Shown here piece after piece: positions 19,538 to 29,463 of a stretch of DNA of 32,000 nt. The notes beneath the pieces were generated by a model, which saw only the letters and a list, made by a program, of their open reading frames with translations, had not been told where the DNA came from and did no database searches. The stretch comes from Aliivibrio fischeri ES114 (GTDB lineage: Bacteria > Pseudomonadota > Gammaproteobacteria > Enterobacterales > Vibrionaceae). The DNA is taken from NCBI RefSeq assembly GCF_000011805.1, contig NC_006841.2; one strand, written 5' to 3'. Each line of letters starts with the position of its first letter. Position 1 is the stretch's first letter. A program made the position numbers and the translations under genes.

Positions 19538-20584
19538 CTAAAATCCTGAACCTAATTTATCAACCAAGCTAAATATCGCACCAAAGATCCAGATTACTGA
19601 ACCTGCCAACATAATTAATGATATATTTTTTAATATTCCGCTTAGCTTTTCAATATCACCAATTATTTTAATTTCGCTGATATCTGACATTTTTTTTACA
19701 GTTAAAGAAAAAGAATCTAAATTAGCATAAAGTGCAATTGTTAATAACATTTCATTTGTTAGAAAACCTGTATTTAAGGCTTCCTTATAACTTACCCCTT
19801 TTTTCATATTAGTTTCAAATAATGACAAATGTGATTTTAACCAAATAGAGGCTCGTTCTTGTATTAAAGATATACTATCAACCATAGGAACACCATTAAG
19901 CATTAATGTAGATAGCATTCTCAAAAATAATCCAACTTGAATCTCTTTATAATAATTATATGGTGGTATTTTATCCAACATTTCATTCCTAACCTTCCCT
20001 GACATTAATGGCATTGATATCCATACAAAAAAACCAATAACTATAGATGAAATAAATATTGTGATTAAACCACCATTAGATAAATATATACCAAATGTAT
20101 ATAGAGCTCTCGTTACTTCAGGCCACTGCGTGATAGGTAAAACACCTAAAAATGTTGGGAATACTTGAAGTGAATATCCCATAATAACAAATAAAACAAC
20201 AATCACTAAGATAGTAGGTGTTAATAATGATTTTTTTAATAATGAGCTAATATTATTATTCTTTTCAATCATTGAGACTAGCATTCTTAAGCCATTAGAT
20301 AATTGTCCTGATTGCTCAGCAGCATTAAGAACAGTAAGATCTTGCGGAGGAATAATTCCGTCAAGTGCTTTTGTGACAGAAGAAACCGTTTTCATATTAA
20401 AAATTATACGATCTAAACTTTTAATAAAATTTCGACCATAAACAGATTGACCACCTTCATTCTTAACTAAAACTAAAGCGTCAAATACTGGAATGCCATC
20501 ATCAATCAAATCTGATAACAATCTATATAAAATCAATCTATTTTTCTGATTGATAAACTGAAAAAACAAGCGATTCATCATCAT
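19538..20584 (-). CDS. type IV pilus inner-membrane platform protein (TcpE/GspF-like)
   Basis: T2SS/T4P F-domain pattern: LILYRLLSDLIDDGIPVFDAL...LTPTILVIVVLFVIMGYSLQVFPTFLGVLP...LSTLMLNGVPMVDSISLI. ORF opens at 20623; MMMNRL at 20584 is the likelier start. Confidence 0.88.
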   Translation of the reverse strand: MMMNRLFFQFINQKNRLILYRLLSDLIDDGIPVFDALVLVKNEGGQSVYGRNFIKSLDRIIFNMKTVSSVTKALDGIIPPQDLTVLNAAEQSGQLSNGLRMLVSMIEKNNNISSLLKKSLLTPTILVIVVLFVIMGYSLQVFPTFLGVLPITQWPEVTRALYTFGIYLSNGGLITIFISSIVIGFFVWISMPLMSGKVRNEMLDKIPPYNYYKEIQVGLFLRMLSTLMLNGVPMVDSISLIQERASIWLKSHLSLFETNMKKGVSYKEALNTGFLTNEMLLTIALYANLDSFSLTVKKMSDISEIKIIGDIEKLSGILKNISLIMLAGSVIWIFGAIFSLVDKLGSGF

Positions 20585-22031
20585 TTTCCATATACCCAAA
20601 ATAAGATCTAAAATAATTCCCACAAACTTGTCCGGTTAAAGATAAATAATAAATTTTATCTTTTATGGAATAACCTTGAGTAAGATTATCGGGCTTTCGT
20701 TGCGCTTTTAGATAACTATATATATCAACCCACTTATGTTCAGAAACAAGTTTAAGAATATTAAAGTCAGGAATCATAAGTTCAATAACTAAAATCCTTC
20801 CAATGACACCTTTAAAATTGCATTCAACACATCCATCACCTTGAATTTTTATTTTTCTACCATAATCATTAATTGACTCTTGAGCACAATCAGGACAAAT
20901 TCTCGGGACTAATTTTTGATTCATAATTCCAGCAATAAAATCGGGCGTAGATAATTTATCAGACTCAATCCCAAGTCCAACTAAACGCTGAAGTACACCA
21001 ACAGAATTACCTGCATGAACAGTAGTTAAACAAAGGTGACCACTTTCTACAGCTGAAGATAAAGCACTTCCAGTTTGAAGGTCTCGTATTTCACCAATCA
21101 TCAAAACATCAGGGTCACGACGCATCGATGAACGAATCGCTTCAGAAAATAGGTTTGAACCATTTTTTGATTTTGTTACAGAACTCTGTTGAGCTCCTTC
21201 AATTACATATTCAACAGGATCTTCAACTGTTACAAAACATCCTTTTTCATGATATTTTGTATAAAAAAGATATTCCATATAATTTTTTAACGCAGTAGAT
21301 TTACCTGAACCAGTAACACCAGATACAACAATTAACCCCGATGGATTTGAAAGCATATGGTCTATAGCAACAACTTCATCCTTCCTTAATCCCAATATGC
21401 CAAGATCAGTACATACATTTTTATTTTCATTCGGATAAATCACTCGTACAACAGCATGATATGAAGCACCTGATGTTCCTTTACCGAAAATAGGCATGTG
21501 CGCGTATCTGAATCGATAACTAACATTTTCGATATCTAAAAGGATATTAGCATCTTGTGGAGCCTTTGTATTCCATGTTGTTTCTTTTGTAGAAGCCATT
21601 ACGTTATACATGACAAATAACATTTCATCGCAATCGGTTCCTAATACCTCTTGCTGTAATTCTACTTTTCCATTAATCCTGAATTTAATTTTTGCCGTAT
21701 CATCATTTCTAATAAAATGAACGTCACTAGCTTTATTTATAATTGCTTGTTTAAATATATTAAGACAACGTTCTTCAGATTTTGTCTTTTTTGACAAATC
21801 CAATTTATGAGATTCTAATAATTTTATATCCAATAACTTAAAATATTCATCGGGAACTACAATATATTTTTCATCTCCTGAATCATCATAAAAAAATGAA
21901 TCCATGAGTAGTGTTAATAGTTCACTTTCAGATATAGCTTGATATAGTACGTCATCAACTTCACAATAGATTACACCGTGGTCTTTAAAAAAATCAAAAC
22001 CTTTGATTTTTTTTAAAATTTTAATTTTCAT
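20538..22031 (-). CDS. type IV pilus assembly ATPase (TcpT/PilB/GspE-like)
   Basis: GLIVVSGVTGSGKSTAL Walker A, VTVEDPVEYVIEGAQQ, RRDPDVLMIGEIRDLQTG, LTTVHAGN, CPDC...GCVECNFKG zinc motif. ATGA overlap with the upstream gene places the start at 22031. Confidence 0.95.
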   Translation of the reverse strand: MKIKILKKIKGFDFFKDHGVIYCEVDDVLYQAISESELLTLLMDSFFYDDSGDEKYIVVPDEYFKLLDIKLLESHKLDLSKKTKSEERCLNIFKQAIINKASDVHFIRNDDTAKIKFRINGKVELQQEVLGTDCDEMLFVMYNVMASTKETTWNTKAPQDANILLDIENVSYRFRYAHMPIFGKGTSGASYHAVVRVIYPNENKNVCTDLGILGLRKDEVVAIDHMLSNPSGLIVVSGVTGSGKSTALKNYMEYLFYTKYHEKGCFVTVEDPVEYVIEGAQQSSVTKSKNGSNLFSEAIRSSMRRDPDVLMIGEIRDLQTGSALSSAVESGHLCLTTVHAGNSVGVLQRLVGLGIESDKLSTPDFIAGIMNQKLVPRICPDCAQESINDYGRKIKIQGDGCVECNFKGVIGRILVIELMIPDFNILKLVSEHKWVDIYSYLKAQRKPDNLTQGYSIKDKIYYLSLTGQVCGNYFRSYFGYMENDDESLVFSVYQSEK

Positions 22032-22477
22032 AGCGCCACCGCATTTGAACCTTTTGATATAACGACATTTCTGTTGTTTATTTTTAACCTCCAACCATAA
22101 TAATAACCACCATCTTTAACATTTTGTGTTTTGTTTTTATATGAGAGTACAGCTGTTTTTTCTTCATTATTTCCAACCAAATAAAGTAATTTAACTAATT
22201 TAGGATCAAACACATCGCTCTCATCCATAAATTTAACTTTAACAACAGCTTTTGGTTTGTCAATTTGAGGTGTGTTAATAACCTTTGGGTTAAGGATGCT
22301 TTCATTTTGTAAAATTTTTATTTCTACTTCTTGTATTTTTTTCTTTAGCTCTAATTGTTCAAGTTTATTTTTTAGACTATTAATATTTTTATAATTATTT
22401 TCAAAAACAGAAAGTTCATCTGCAAAAACATTATTCATAGACAAAAAAGAAGCACAAAAAATCAATATATATTTCAT
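22028..22477 (-). CDS. TcpS-like exported pilus biogenesis protein
   Basis: 149 aa; signal peptide MKYILIFCASFLSMNNVFA; size and position match TcpS. Confidence 0.65.
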   Translation of the reverse strand: MKYILIFCASFLSMNNVFADELSVFENNYKNINSLKNKLEQLELKKKIQEVEIKILQNESILNPKVINTPQIDKPKAVVKVKFMDESDVFDPKLVKLLYLVGNNEEKTAVLSYKNKTQNVKDGGYYYGWRLKINNRNVVISKGSNAVAL

Positions 22478-22490
22478 AATTACATAATCC

Positions 22491-23276
22491 TTAATTTAAA
22501 CATAAATAATTAAAATAGATTGTTGCATCATTATTTCTTAAATTCATTTCACCATAGGTTACAAAATCACCATTAAAAAAATCATCTATTAAATCAAGAG
22601 ATTGGAATTCAGATGTATTTAGAATAAGTTGACCCTGCATTAAGTTTTTATACTCCATCCATTCATATTCTTTATTTATTAAGAATACATTTGATGGAGA
22701 TAATACTTCTAGGTTAGAACCAATTGAATTTATCATCGTATCAAACCTATACGCTTTTGATAAAATATCAGTACAGTTCGCATAGTTGACTTTATCTTTT
22801 AAAATTTTTTTATTTTCACTAAAATCAAAAAATACAGACTCATAATTCAGCTCATTTTTATTAAAAGCCGGGGGATAATCTAAATTATTCTTAGTTAACA
22901 CAACATAATTAAAAGCATCTGGCTCGCTTCTAATATATTTTATATTACATTCATTTCCATTACAGTACACTTCATTCTGAATCCACCCTAAAGGATGAAA
23001 AAATACTTTGTCTCTGTATAAGTCATCATATATTTCCCGAAAGTTCTGAATACTAAAAGAAGAATTAAAATTATCTAATGTTGAAATATACATATCACGG
23101 TCATTAGTTTCTTCAACTCTTTTTTGTTCTTGAAATTTTCGTATCTTTTCATTTTCTTTATATTTATTAAAGAAAATAAAGCTTAACACTAATATTAAAG
23201 AGATCAAAAAAAAAGAAATGATGACTACAATTCTATTCTGTTTATTTTTAATGTTGTCTAAAATAACCACAACCAA
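22491..23276 (-). CDS. TcpD-like inner-membrane pilus assembly protein
   Basis: 261 aa; single N-terminal TM; size and order match TcpD. Confidence 0.65.
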   Translation of the reverse strand: MVVVILDNIKNKQNRIVVIISFFLISLILVLSFIFFNKYKENEKIRKFQEQKRVEETNDRDMYISTLDNFNSSFSIQNFREIYDDLYRDKVFFHPLGWIQNEVYCNGNECNIKYIRSEPDAFNYVVLTKNNLDYPPAFNKNELNYESVFFDFSENKKILKDKVNYANCTDILSKAYRFDTMINSIGSNLEVLSPSNVFLINKEYEWMEYKNLMQGQLILNTSEFQSLDLIDDFFNGDFVTYGEMNLRNNDATIYFNYLCLN

Positions 23277-23737
23277 GCTCCAACTAATAAAAATAAGATT
23301 AAGAATGAAATACTAATTAACAATGGATAAAAGCCATAATATTTTCTTATTTTAATATCAGCTTCATCGACAATATCATTAATAGAACTTATCCTAATAA
23401 TATTTTTTTTCAACGAGAAGTCCAGATCTGAACCAACTATATCAAGTAGCGTCTGTTCTTTTAAGTTAATACATTTTTTATCTTTCCATAAAAAGCCAAC
23501 ATCATGAAATTCATCAAATAACACCAAGCAGTCTTTATATTCATTATTAACAACACAAATGGAAGAAAGAAGACATTGTTTAATTTTATCATCTAAAAAA
23601 TATACAGTACTAGATAAGCAATAATATATATTGTTATCATTAGTTTTAACACTGAACAATGTTTTCCAACCAAGTTTTTCTAATTTACCAATAAGAAGAT
23701 CAGATTTTGGTAACCAAACAAAGTCATCTATTATCAT
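23258..23737 (-). CDS. TcpR-like pilus assembly protein
   Basis: 159 aa with C-terminal TM (YPLLISISFLILFLLVGAWLWLF); position between secretin and TcpD-like genes. Confidence 0.6.
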   Translation of the reverse strand: MIIDDFVWLPKSDLLIGKLEKLGWKTLFSVKTNDNNIYYCLSSTVYFLDDKIKQCLLSSICVVNNEYKDCLVLFDEFHDVGFLWKDKKCINLKEQTLLDIVGSDLDFSLKKNIIRISSINDIVDEADIKIRKYYGFYPLLISISFLILFLLVGAWLWLF

Positions 23738-25178
23738 ATAATCCTCGTTTCGAGACAGAGCTAGCTAGTTTGTAACTATCCGCACCAATTAGTACCGCGA
23801 TTACTTGATCGTCTTCAGATGAAGTTTGACCTAAACCAAGTAATTGAGCTGCTTGAGCTGAATTATTAGAATTTCCTTTATATAAGGTTATTAATTCCAC
23901 ATCTCCTGAATCTAAAGTTACCGTTGATAATGTTTCATTCTCATCAACTGTTGGTAATTGAACGCCGCTTACAGTATCCATCGCGATCAACTGCTTCTTA
24001 GTAAAACCAGATGTTAATTGAATCCGACCATCCTCTAAAACTTTTGGTAAAATCAACATGCTCAAGCCAGTTTTAATTTCAGACGTTTTCAATGATGTAG
24101 TTGACTTATCTACATTTTCATTATCTACTTTTTCTACTTCAGAAATATACGATGAGGTTGTAGTTAGATTTATCGGCATAATCCTATTTGGTAATCCAAC
24201 GAAATGGCCTTCACTAACGACATCTTGAGCTAAATATTTGACTACTGCATCTAGTCTTCCACTTACAGACCTTTTCGCAAAACTTAATCCACCACCAGCA
24301 GCATTAAGTGCGACAGAATCAACCAATTCACTCGTTATAGTAAAGTCATTACCTTTTGAATCTAAACCAAACTTCGCAGCTAATTGACTCAATTTTGATT
24401 TGCTTAAACTGATAATTCGATATTGTACAGAAACTTGCATTTGACTCTCAGCTTTCAATCTATCAAATAATTGATCGACTTCTGAGATAATCCATGGCCT
24501 AGCAGTAATTTTAACAAGGGAAAAGTCTTCTAAAATAGTTGAACTCCCATTTTCTCCGACTACATCATCTAAATAATTTTCAATTTTTTCCCAAGTATCA
24601 CTTTCAACAGAACTCTCAGATGAAGCAGAAAAACCACCAGAGGTAGCACCACTGCCGACAGAAAGAGAAGCCGAAGATTTGTTACCATCAATGAATTGGT
24701 CTAAGCTATACATCTTTGTTTGAAAATAACTGACTTTTAAAGCATCGAAGTCATCAACAACGATATCCAGACCATAAACCTTACCTAGATATTTAAAAAA
24801 ATTATCTAAGCTACCATCAAATGTTATTTTTTTTCTGTCATTGTAGAGTTTCTTCTCTTCTTCAGTTAAAGAAAGAATATCGGACATGTAGTAAGGCATT
24901 TTAAACTGTAATTCAATGATATCTAGTACTTCATAAATGGTCATTGGTTCAACACTATAAAAACTTACCGGAATATCTTTGTTTTTTGAATCATTATTAT
25001 TTTCGTAAACGGAATAATATGAATTATCAAAAATTGAGAAATTAGATGTTCTCAAGTTACGAGATTCTATTTCTTTATCCACTATAAGATCTAATGAGTT
25101 CTCATTTTTATCACTCATATTAGTTGAAGAGCATCCAGATAATATAGATATAATCAAAATCAATGCTTTTTTCTTCAT
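23724..25178 (-). CDS. outer-membrane secretin lipoprotein (TcpC/PilN/BfpB family)
   Basis: Lipobox ILSGCSS; secretin C-domain features (VGLPNRIMPINLTTTSSYIS, TGLSMLILPKVLEDGRIQLTSGFTKKQL, LITLYKG). Confidence 0.92.
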   Translation of the reverse strand: MKKKALILIISILSGCSSTNMSDKNENSLDLIVDKEIESRNLRTSNFSIFDNSYYSVYENNNDSKNKDIPVSFYSVEPMTIYEVLDIIELQFKMPYYMSDILSLTEEEKKLYNDRKKITFDGSLDNFFKYLGKVYGLDIVVDDFDALKVSYFQTKMYSLDQFIDGNKSSASLSVGSGATSGGFSASSESSVESDTWEKIENYLDDVVGENGSSTILEDFSLVKITARPWIISEVDQLFDRLKAESQMQVSVQYRIISLSKSKLSQLAAKFGLDSKGNDFTITSELVDSVALNAAGGGLSFAKRSVSGRLDAVVKYLAQDVVSEGHFVGLPNRIMPINLTTTSSYISEVEKVDNENVDKSTTSLKTSEIKTGLSMLILPKVLEDGRIQLTSGFTKKQLIAMDTVSGVQLPTVDENETLSTVTLDSGDVELITLYKGNSNNSAQAAQLLGLGQTSSEDDQVIAVLIGADSYKLASSVSKRGLYDNR

Positions 25179-25182
25179 TGTA

Positions 25183-25695
25183 TTAACCTCTAACAGAATA
25201 AACTAAAACAACATTATTTTTAATATAAACATTCATATGTATATCTATTCCCATTACTGATAAATCATCAGATATATTTTTCACTACGTCCAGAGCTTCA
25301 TCTCCCTCATATATAATATCATTATCGAACAAAACGTCATATTGAGAGTTCCAAATCATTTTGTATCCATTATTAGAGAGAAAATCTAATAACCTATTTT
25401 TTAATGATTCGCCCTCTTGAGCTGTCAATACAAATTTACTTTCTATGTCAACGGACGATAAAGATGATTCATTATTTTCCATAGTATCCTTTGGGTTATA
25501 TGATTCATCTACAACTACAGAAAAAGTGCTATTCACAGGCTTATTTTCCTCATTAATTGTCGTATTTACCTGCTTATTTCTCCAATCCGAAAAACTAGAA
25601 TAACTAGGATTTCCTTTATCTGTTTTCAGGCTTTCAATCGATGAACACCCCGATGACATAATAGCTAAAGTAATTAAAATTATATTTTTTTTCAT
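25183..25695 (-). CDS. TcpQ-like lipoprotein (secretin-associated)
   Basis: Lipobox IMSSGCSS; C-terminal FVLTAQEGESLKNRLLDFLSNNGYKMIWNSQYDVLFDNDIIYEGDEALDVVKNI resembles the TcpQ/PilL C-terminal domain. Confidence 0.85.
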   Translation of the reverse strand: MKKNIILITLAIMSSGCSSIESLKTDKGNPSYSSFSDWRNKQVNTTINEENKPVNSTFSVVVDESYNPKDTMENNESSLSSVDIESKFVLTAQEGESLKNRLLDFLSNNGYKMIWNSQYDVLFDNDIIYEGDEALDVVKNISDDLSVMGIDIHMNVYIKNNVVLVYSVRG

Positions 25696-25699
25696 ATTA

Positions 25700-27037
25700 T
25701 TATCCTTTTGGTTTTTCTTCACACCACTGCATAACTATAAAAGACATTGATAGTGGATTATTTAACATTGACGAGTTTCCGTTATCTTTTTCATATGCAC
25801 CGTCAATACCTATCCCACCTTTTATTGTCCATACTTTTCTTGAATCTACTGGAGCCCATTCCATTGATACACCTGAAATGAATGCATGTTTATTACTAGC
25901 GCCTTTTGTACCATAGCTCTTAATACTATTTGGGTCTGAGAAGTCACTTCTTTCTTCAGAGCCAGATGAAAATGAACTTGGTATCGCAACCATTTTATTT
26001 AACATCACCGGTTCTGTTTGCGGACAATTTAAATATGGTATTTCAATGTTATTTCTATTGCTTCGAGAAAATGTTTTATATGATATTTCAATAGGTGTTC
26101 GTTTTATTTTCTCACCAAACGCAAATCCACCATCAGCTATCAAATAGTTTCTAGTTCCGTCAGATTCACTGCTTGCAGATAAACAAGGCCCTTCTTTTCC
26201 AGAATAGCCATCCCAACAAAGCTTAGCTTTTCCTGACATGGGGATACTACCATCACGTTTTAAATAGATATCTTCATTATAAAAACTCTTTATTCTAAAA
26301 CCCAAATAGTTGTCACCAGATGTAACCTCCTTAATAAAAGAATCTAAAAGGGATATATTATCAATTAATTCAGCCCAACTTTTCGCTGTATCTGGCACTT
26401 CACGATAATTAACATCATCAAGTTTAACAAATTTAGAAATAATTATGTCATTATCACTAACTGAAAAACCGTCATCTCTCTTTTGATCGCTCAGCTTTGA
26501 TATAATAGATAAAATATCTTCTACTTCCACATTACTCTTATTTACATAATAACTCTGAGCTGAAGTAATAAAACGCTTTGCTGAAGGATATTTAATTAAA
26601 TTATATGGAACAAATGTAAACTCAGTCCCTATATATTCAACACCAAAAAAGTCTGGACTATAATCACAATCAACAAACGGTCTACTTATCCCCACAGGTA
26701 TTTGACCAGAAATGCCACCTAAAAGCTCACAGTCGGTTTGTTTCATCCACCTCAAATCCTTCTCATACATAAACTTCCCTGTAGATGAAGAAACCAGCAA
26801 AGGATTAACTTTTTTACTACTAGCACCAGAACCAGGAGCGATAACATTAAAATAAACAGTAGACGCAAGTTGTTTAACTTCATATTGAAAATTTATCAAT
26901 TTAGACGCATTCTTATCTATCTGCTTGTTCTTTGCTGATTTAATTAACTGGGCGCCAGCAAAAGCCAACCCCCAGCCAATTATCGCAGCAGCAAGAACAG
27001 CTTCTAATAGAGTAGCCCCTCGCTGTTGTTTTAACAT
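25700..27037 (-). CDS. large minor pilin (TcpB/CofB/PilV-like)
   Basis: Prepilin leader and N-helix MLKQQRG|ATLLEAVLAAAIIGWGLAFAGAQL with Glu5; 445 aa, matching TcpB size. Confidence 0.88.
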   Translation of the reverse strand: MLKQQRGATLLEAVLAAAIIGWGLAFAGAQLIKSAKNKQIDKNASKLINFQYEVKQLASTVYFNVIAPGSGASSKKVNPLLVSSSTGKFMYEKDLRWMKQTDCELLGGISGQIPVGISRPFVDCDYSPDFFGVEYIGTEFTFVPYNLIKYPSAKRFITSAQSYYVNKSNVEVEDILSIISKLSDQKRDDGFSVSDNDIIISKFVKLDDVNYREVPDTAKSWAELIDNISLLDSFIKEVTSGDNYLGFRIKSFYNEDIYLKRDGSIPMSGKAKLCWDGYSGKEGPCLSASSESDGTRNYLIADGGFAFGEKIKRTPIEISYKTFSRSNRNNIEIPYLNCPQTEPVMLNKMVAIPSSFSSGSEERSDFSDPNSIKSYGTKGASNKHAFISGVSMEWAPVDSRKVWTIKGGIGIDGAYEKDNGNSSMLNNPLSMSFIVMQWCEEKPKG

Positions 27038-27056
27038 TGTTCCAACCTAAAAGTAA

Positions 27057-27683
27057 TTAACGATTACCAACAAAAACATCAAAGTACGAATCACCCGCAC
27101 CTGGCCCACCACACAGAGCCGAGATGTGGTCAAGATTTGTAAGATCTAAAGTTTTAGCACCACCTTTTGTTGATTTAATAACTCCAACTGATTTTGTTGC
27201 ATCTGGGTCAACATAAAAATCCGCCGCCATTGCTGTACCTCTATTTTGTACTTCAATAAAACTAAATAGATCTGCTGAGTTACTTATTAACGAGGTACAT
27301 TGATCTTTTGACAAATCAGATACTTTAATAGCAAAACCACGGTTAGCCGCCTTGTTGTCCTTAGCTGTAAAGATCAACATTGGAGCACCCGTAAATGGGT
27401 TGATTAAATCTGATTCAGTAACTCTCCCCATAGACACTAATGCATCAGTTAACTTTTTAGCCTTAACTGCATCTTGAAGAACATCAGGATAACTTTGCTT
27501 ACTTCTATAAGTTTGAACCATTGCGGTTTGAATAGTATTTAACGCTTGCGATAACTTAGATACATTCTGATTATCGATTGCTCTTTGAGCTAGGATTACA
27601 ACACCGGCAGAAATGACACCCATAATGCCTAAAACGATAATCACTTCTAGTAAGGTCATACCTCGTTGTTTTTTTAAATTCAT
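27057..27683 (-). CDS. tcpA: type IVb major pilin, TcpA-like
   Basis: MNLKKQRG|MTLLEVIIVLGIMGVISAGVVILAQRAIDNQ (Met+1, Glu5), two C-terminal cysteines (DQC...ALCGG), VGVIKSTKGGAKTLDLTNLDHI; close to V. cholerae TcpA as recalled. Confidence 0.93.
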   Translation of the reverse strand: MNLKKQRGMTLLEVIIVLGIMGVISAGVVILAQRAIDNQNVSKLSQALNTIQTAMVQTYRSKQSYPDVLQDAVKAKKLTDALVSMGRVTESDLINPFTGAPMLIFTAKDNKAANRGFAIKVSDLSKDQCTSLISNSADLFSFIEVQNRGTAMAADFYVDPDATKSVGVIKSTKGGAKTLDLTNLDHISALCGGPGAGDSYFDVFVGNR

Positions 27684-27818
27684 TTTTACACCAATTGAAG
27701 ATTATTTTTTGTTTGTAGATAGCAACGTTCAAAACGCCACAATTTCAAGAAAAATAGATTATCTTGTTTTTTCAATGCTACAGATAAAAAAAAAGAAAAC
27801 ACATCAATTTGCGCACTA

Positions 27819-27940
27819 TACGACACAAAAAGCGAATTACTTTTTCTTCAGTGTTGCTATTGAATAAAATAAAGCAGATTCTAGCCGAAATAAGAGGATT
27901 AGGAATGTTCTTTTCCAACAACTATATTTAATGTGTCGTA
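27819..27940. promoter_or_regulatory. divergent tcpA-like/AraC intergenic region with 9-bp inverted motif pair
   Basis: TACGACACA (27819..27827) and TGTGTCGTA (27932..27940); a related TATGTCGTATA occurs at 29619..29629. Confidence 0.45.
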
Positions 27941-27943
27941 ATT

Positions 27944-28717
27944 ATGGTATCACTAATAAATAGTTTTAAACTTCAATTCACTGAAGTAAGTCACACTATA
28001 GAGCAACCATTTGTTCTATATTTTTCTGGTTTTTCAGGTATAATAAAAGATGAGGAAATAAAGAAATCCGGAAGGAATTGTTTAATACTTGTAAACGAAA
28101 TAGAAAAAAATTCCATCTATGATGTAGTAATGAAAAAGACCATCTTCATAAACAATACACCTTTAATATATACGGCCGGTTACGATGTAAAAATCAAGCC
28201 TCAATCTCAAGTTATATTAATAGATCTTTCATTCTTTGAAAAACTAGGCGTTCCATCGTTCAAAAGTGGGCTAATTACCCATATTCATTCGCGATTAATT
28301 AGACTATTACTAGAATCTATTTGTAGCTCAGTAAAGCCAACTTATGAATTACTTGCTTTAGTGAATCTTATAGGTGTTGATCATTACAAAACCAACTTAA
28401 ATGACAACTTAAACAAAATAAAAGACAAGATTGAAGAGTGTTATTCTTGCGAAGAATTTAACTTAGACATGCTCTGTAAAAAAACGCACATGTCAAGAAG
28501 AAAAATACAATATATACTTGCAGATTCCAATACTTCATTTCTAGAAATATTAAATAATTTACGAATAGATAAGCTAATATACTTCATGCAGAAAGAACCA
28601 AAGACATCCATAGGGGTGTTAATTTACAGAGTTGGGTTTAAACACCAAAGTACCGCTAATAGATTATTTAAAAAATATAAGAATGTCAGCATTCGAGAAT
28701 TTAAAAAATCAATATAA
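27944..28717 (+). CDS. ToxT/Rns/CfaD-like AraC-family virulence/pilus regulator
   Basis: 257 aa; divergent N-terminal domain, C-terminal AraC HTHs (FNLDMLCKKTHMSRRKIQYILADSNTSFLEILNNLRIDKLIYFM...VGFKHQSTANRLFKKYKNVSIREFKKS). Confidence 0.88.
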   Translation: MVSLINSFKLQFTEVSHTIEQPFVLYFSGFSGIIKDEEIKKSGRNCLILVNEIEKNSIYDVVMKKTIFINNTPLIYTAGYDVKIKPQSQVILIDLSFFEKLGVPSFKSGLITHIHSRLIRLLLESICSSVKPTYELLALVNLIGVDHYKTNLNDNLNKIKDKIEECYSCEEFNLDMLCKKTHMSRRKIQYILADSNTSFLEILNNLRIDKLIYFMQKEPKTSIGVLIYRVGFKHQSTANRLFKKYKNVSIREFKKSI

Positions 28718-28724
28718 ATTAATT

Positions 28725-28756
28725 AATGGTGATATCCATTTCTGTATATCACCATT
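28725..28756. terminator. bidirectional terminator-like hairpin between the AraC gene and parA-like gene
   Basis: AATGGTGATAT-CCATTTCTGT-ATATCACCATT, 11-bp perfect stem followed by TGTTT. Confidence 0.5.
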
Positions 28757-28821
28757 TGTTTAGAACAATTCACCATACAAAACTTCAATAAAATGAGTTA
28801 TGCCAATTATAAAAAGACTCT

Positions 28822-29463
28822 CTAGATATTTATCCAGCGTTCTATTTCGACCCACAAATTCTTATCCAGATATTGAAACACTTTAACATCCTCATCAATA
28901 AATAAACTTTGATAAGCATCACTTTCAGACATAACCCCAATAATTGGATATTTCAATTTATTAAGAACTCTGTGCATTAATTCTAAGTCCCCAACTCTCC
29001 CTTTATAGCGAGTTATTACAAAACAGACAGGTATATTCCTCTTTTTATACACTGGAGATGCAATAAGATTCTTTATAAACCCTAATATTGAATGTAAATC
29101 TATTGGAGATGCTTGTAATGGCAAAATTATCTTATCCGCTAATGATAGGTATTTATCCAACTCAAATTTATTAAAATTTGAAGGTGTATCAATAATTGTT
29201 AATTCTGTGTCTAACTCCAATTTTAGTGCAAGACTAAAAGGTACTCTTGATGAGGTAAGAAATGTTTGAGTTCGTATTTCTTTATTATTCCCCCCCCAAA
29301 AATAACTAGTATTTTGTGGATCTAAATCAATTAATTCTGTTTTAATATTTTTAGATGAGAACAAACGAGCCATAGCCATTGTTAAGCTCGACTTTCCAGC
29401 CCCTCCTTTAGAATTCATAATTAATATTTTTTTTGATTTTGAACTTTTGTATCCAATAAACAT
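28822..29463 (-). CDS. ParA/MinD-superfamily ATPase (orphan, no adjacent ParB)
   Basis: KILIMNSKGGAGKSSLTMAMARLF (deviant Walker A), TELIDLDPQ, LTIIDTPSNF, VITRYK. Confidence 0.9.
   Translation of the reverse strand: MFIGYKSSKSKKILIMNSKGGAGKSSLTMAMARLFSSKNIKTELIDLDPQNTSYFWGGNNKEIRTQTFLTSSRVPFSLALKLELDTELTIIDTPSNFNKFELDKYLSLADKIILPLQASPIDLHSILGFIKNLIASPVYKKRNIPVCFVITRYKGRVGDLELMHRVLNKLKYPIIGVMSESDAYQSLFIDEDVKVFQYLDKNLWVEIERWINI

Noticed and set aside
27613-27867. Plus-strand ORF 84 aa over the pilin 5' end and promoter region
   Set aside because: Overlaps the pilin start antisense; sequence is unconvincing as protein.
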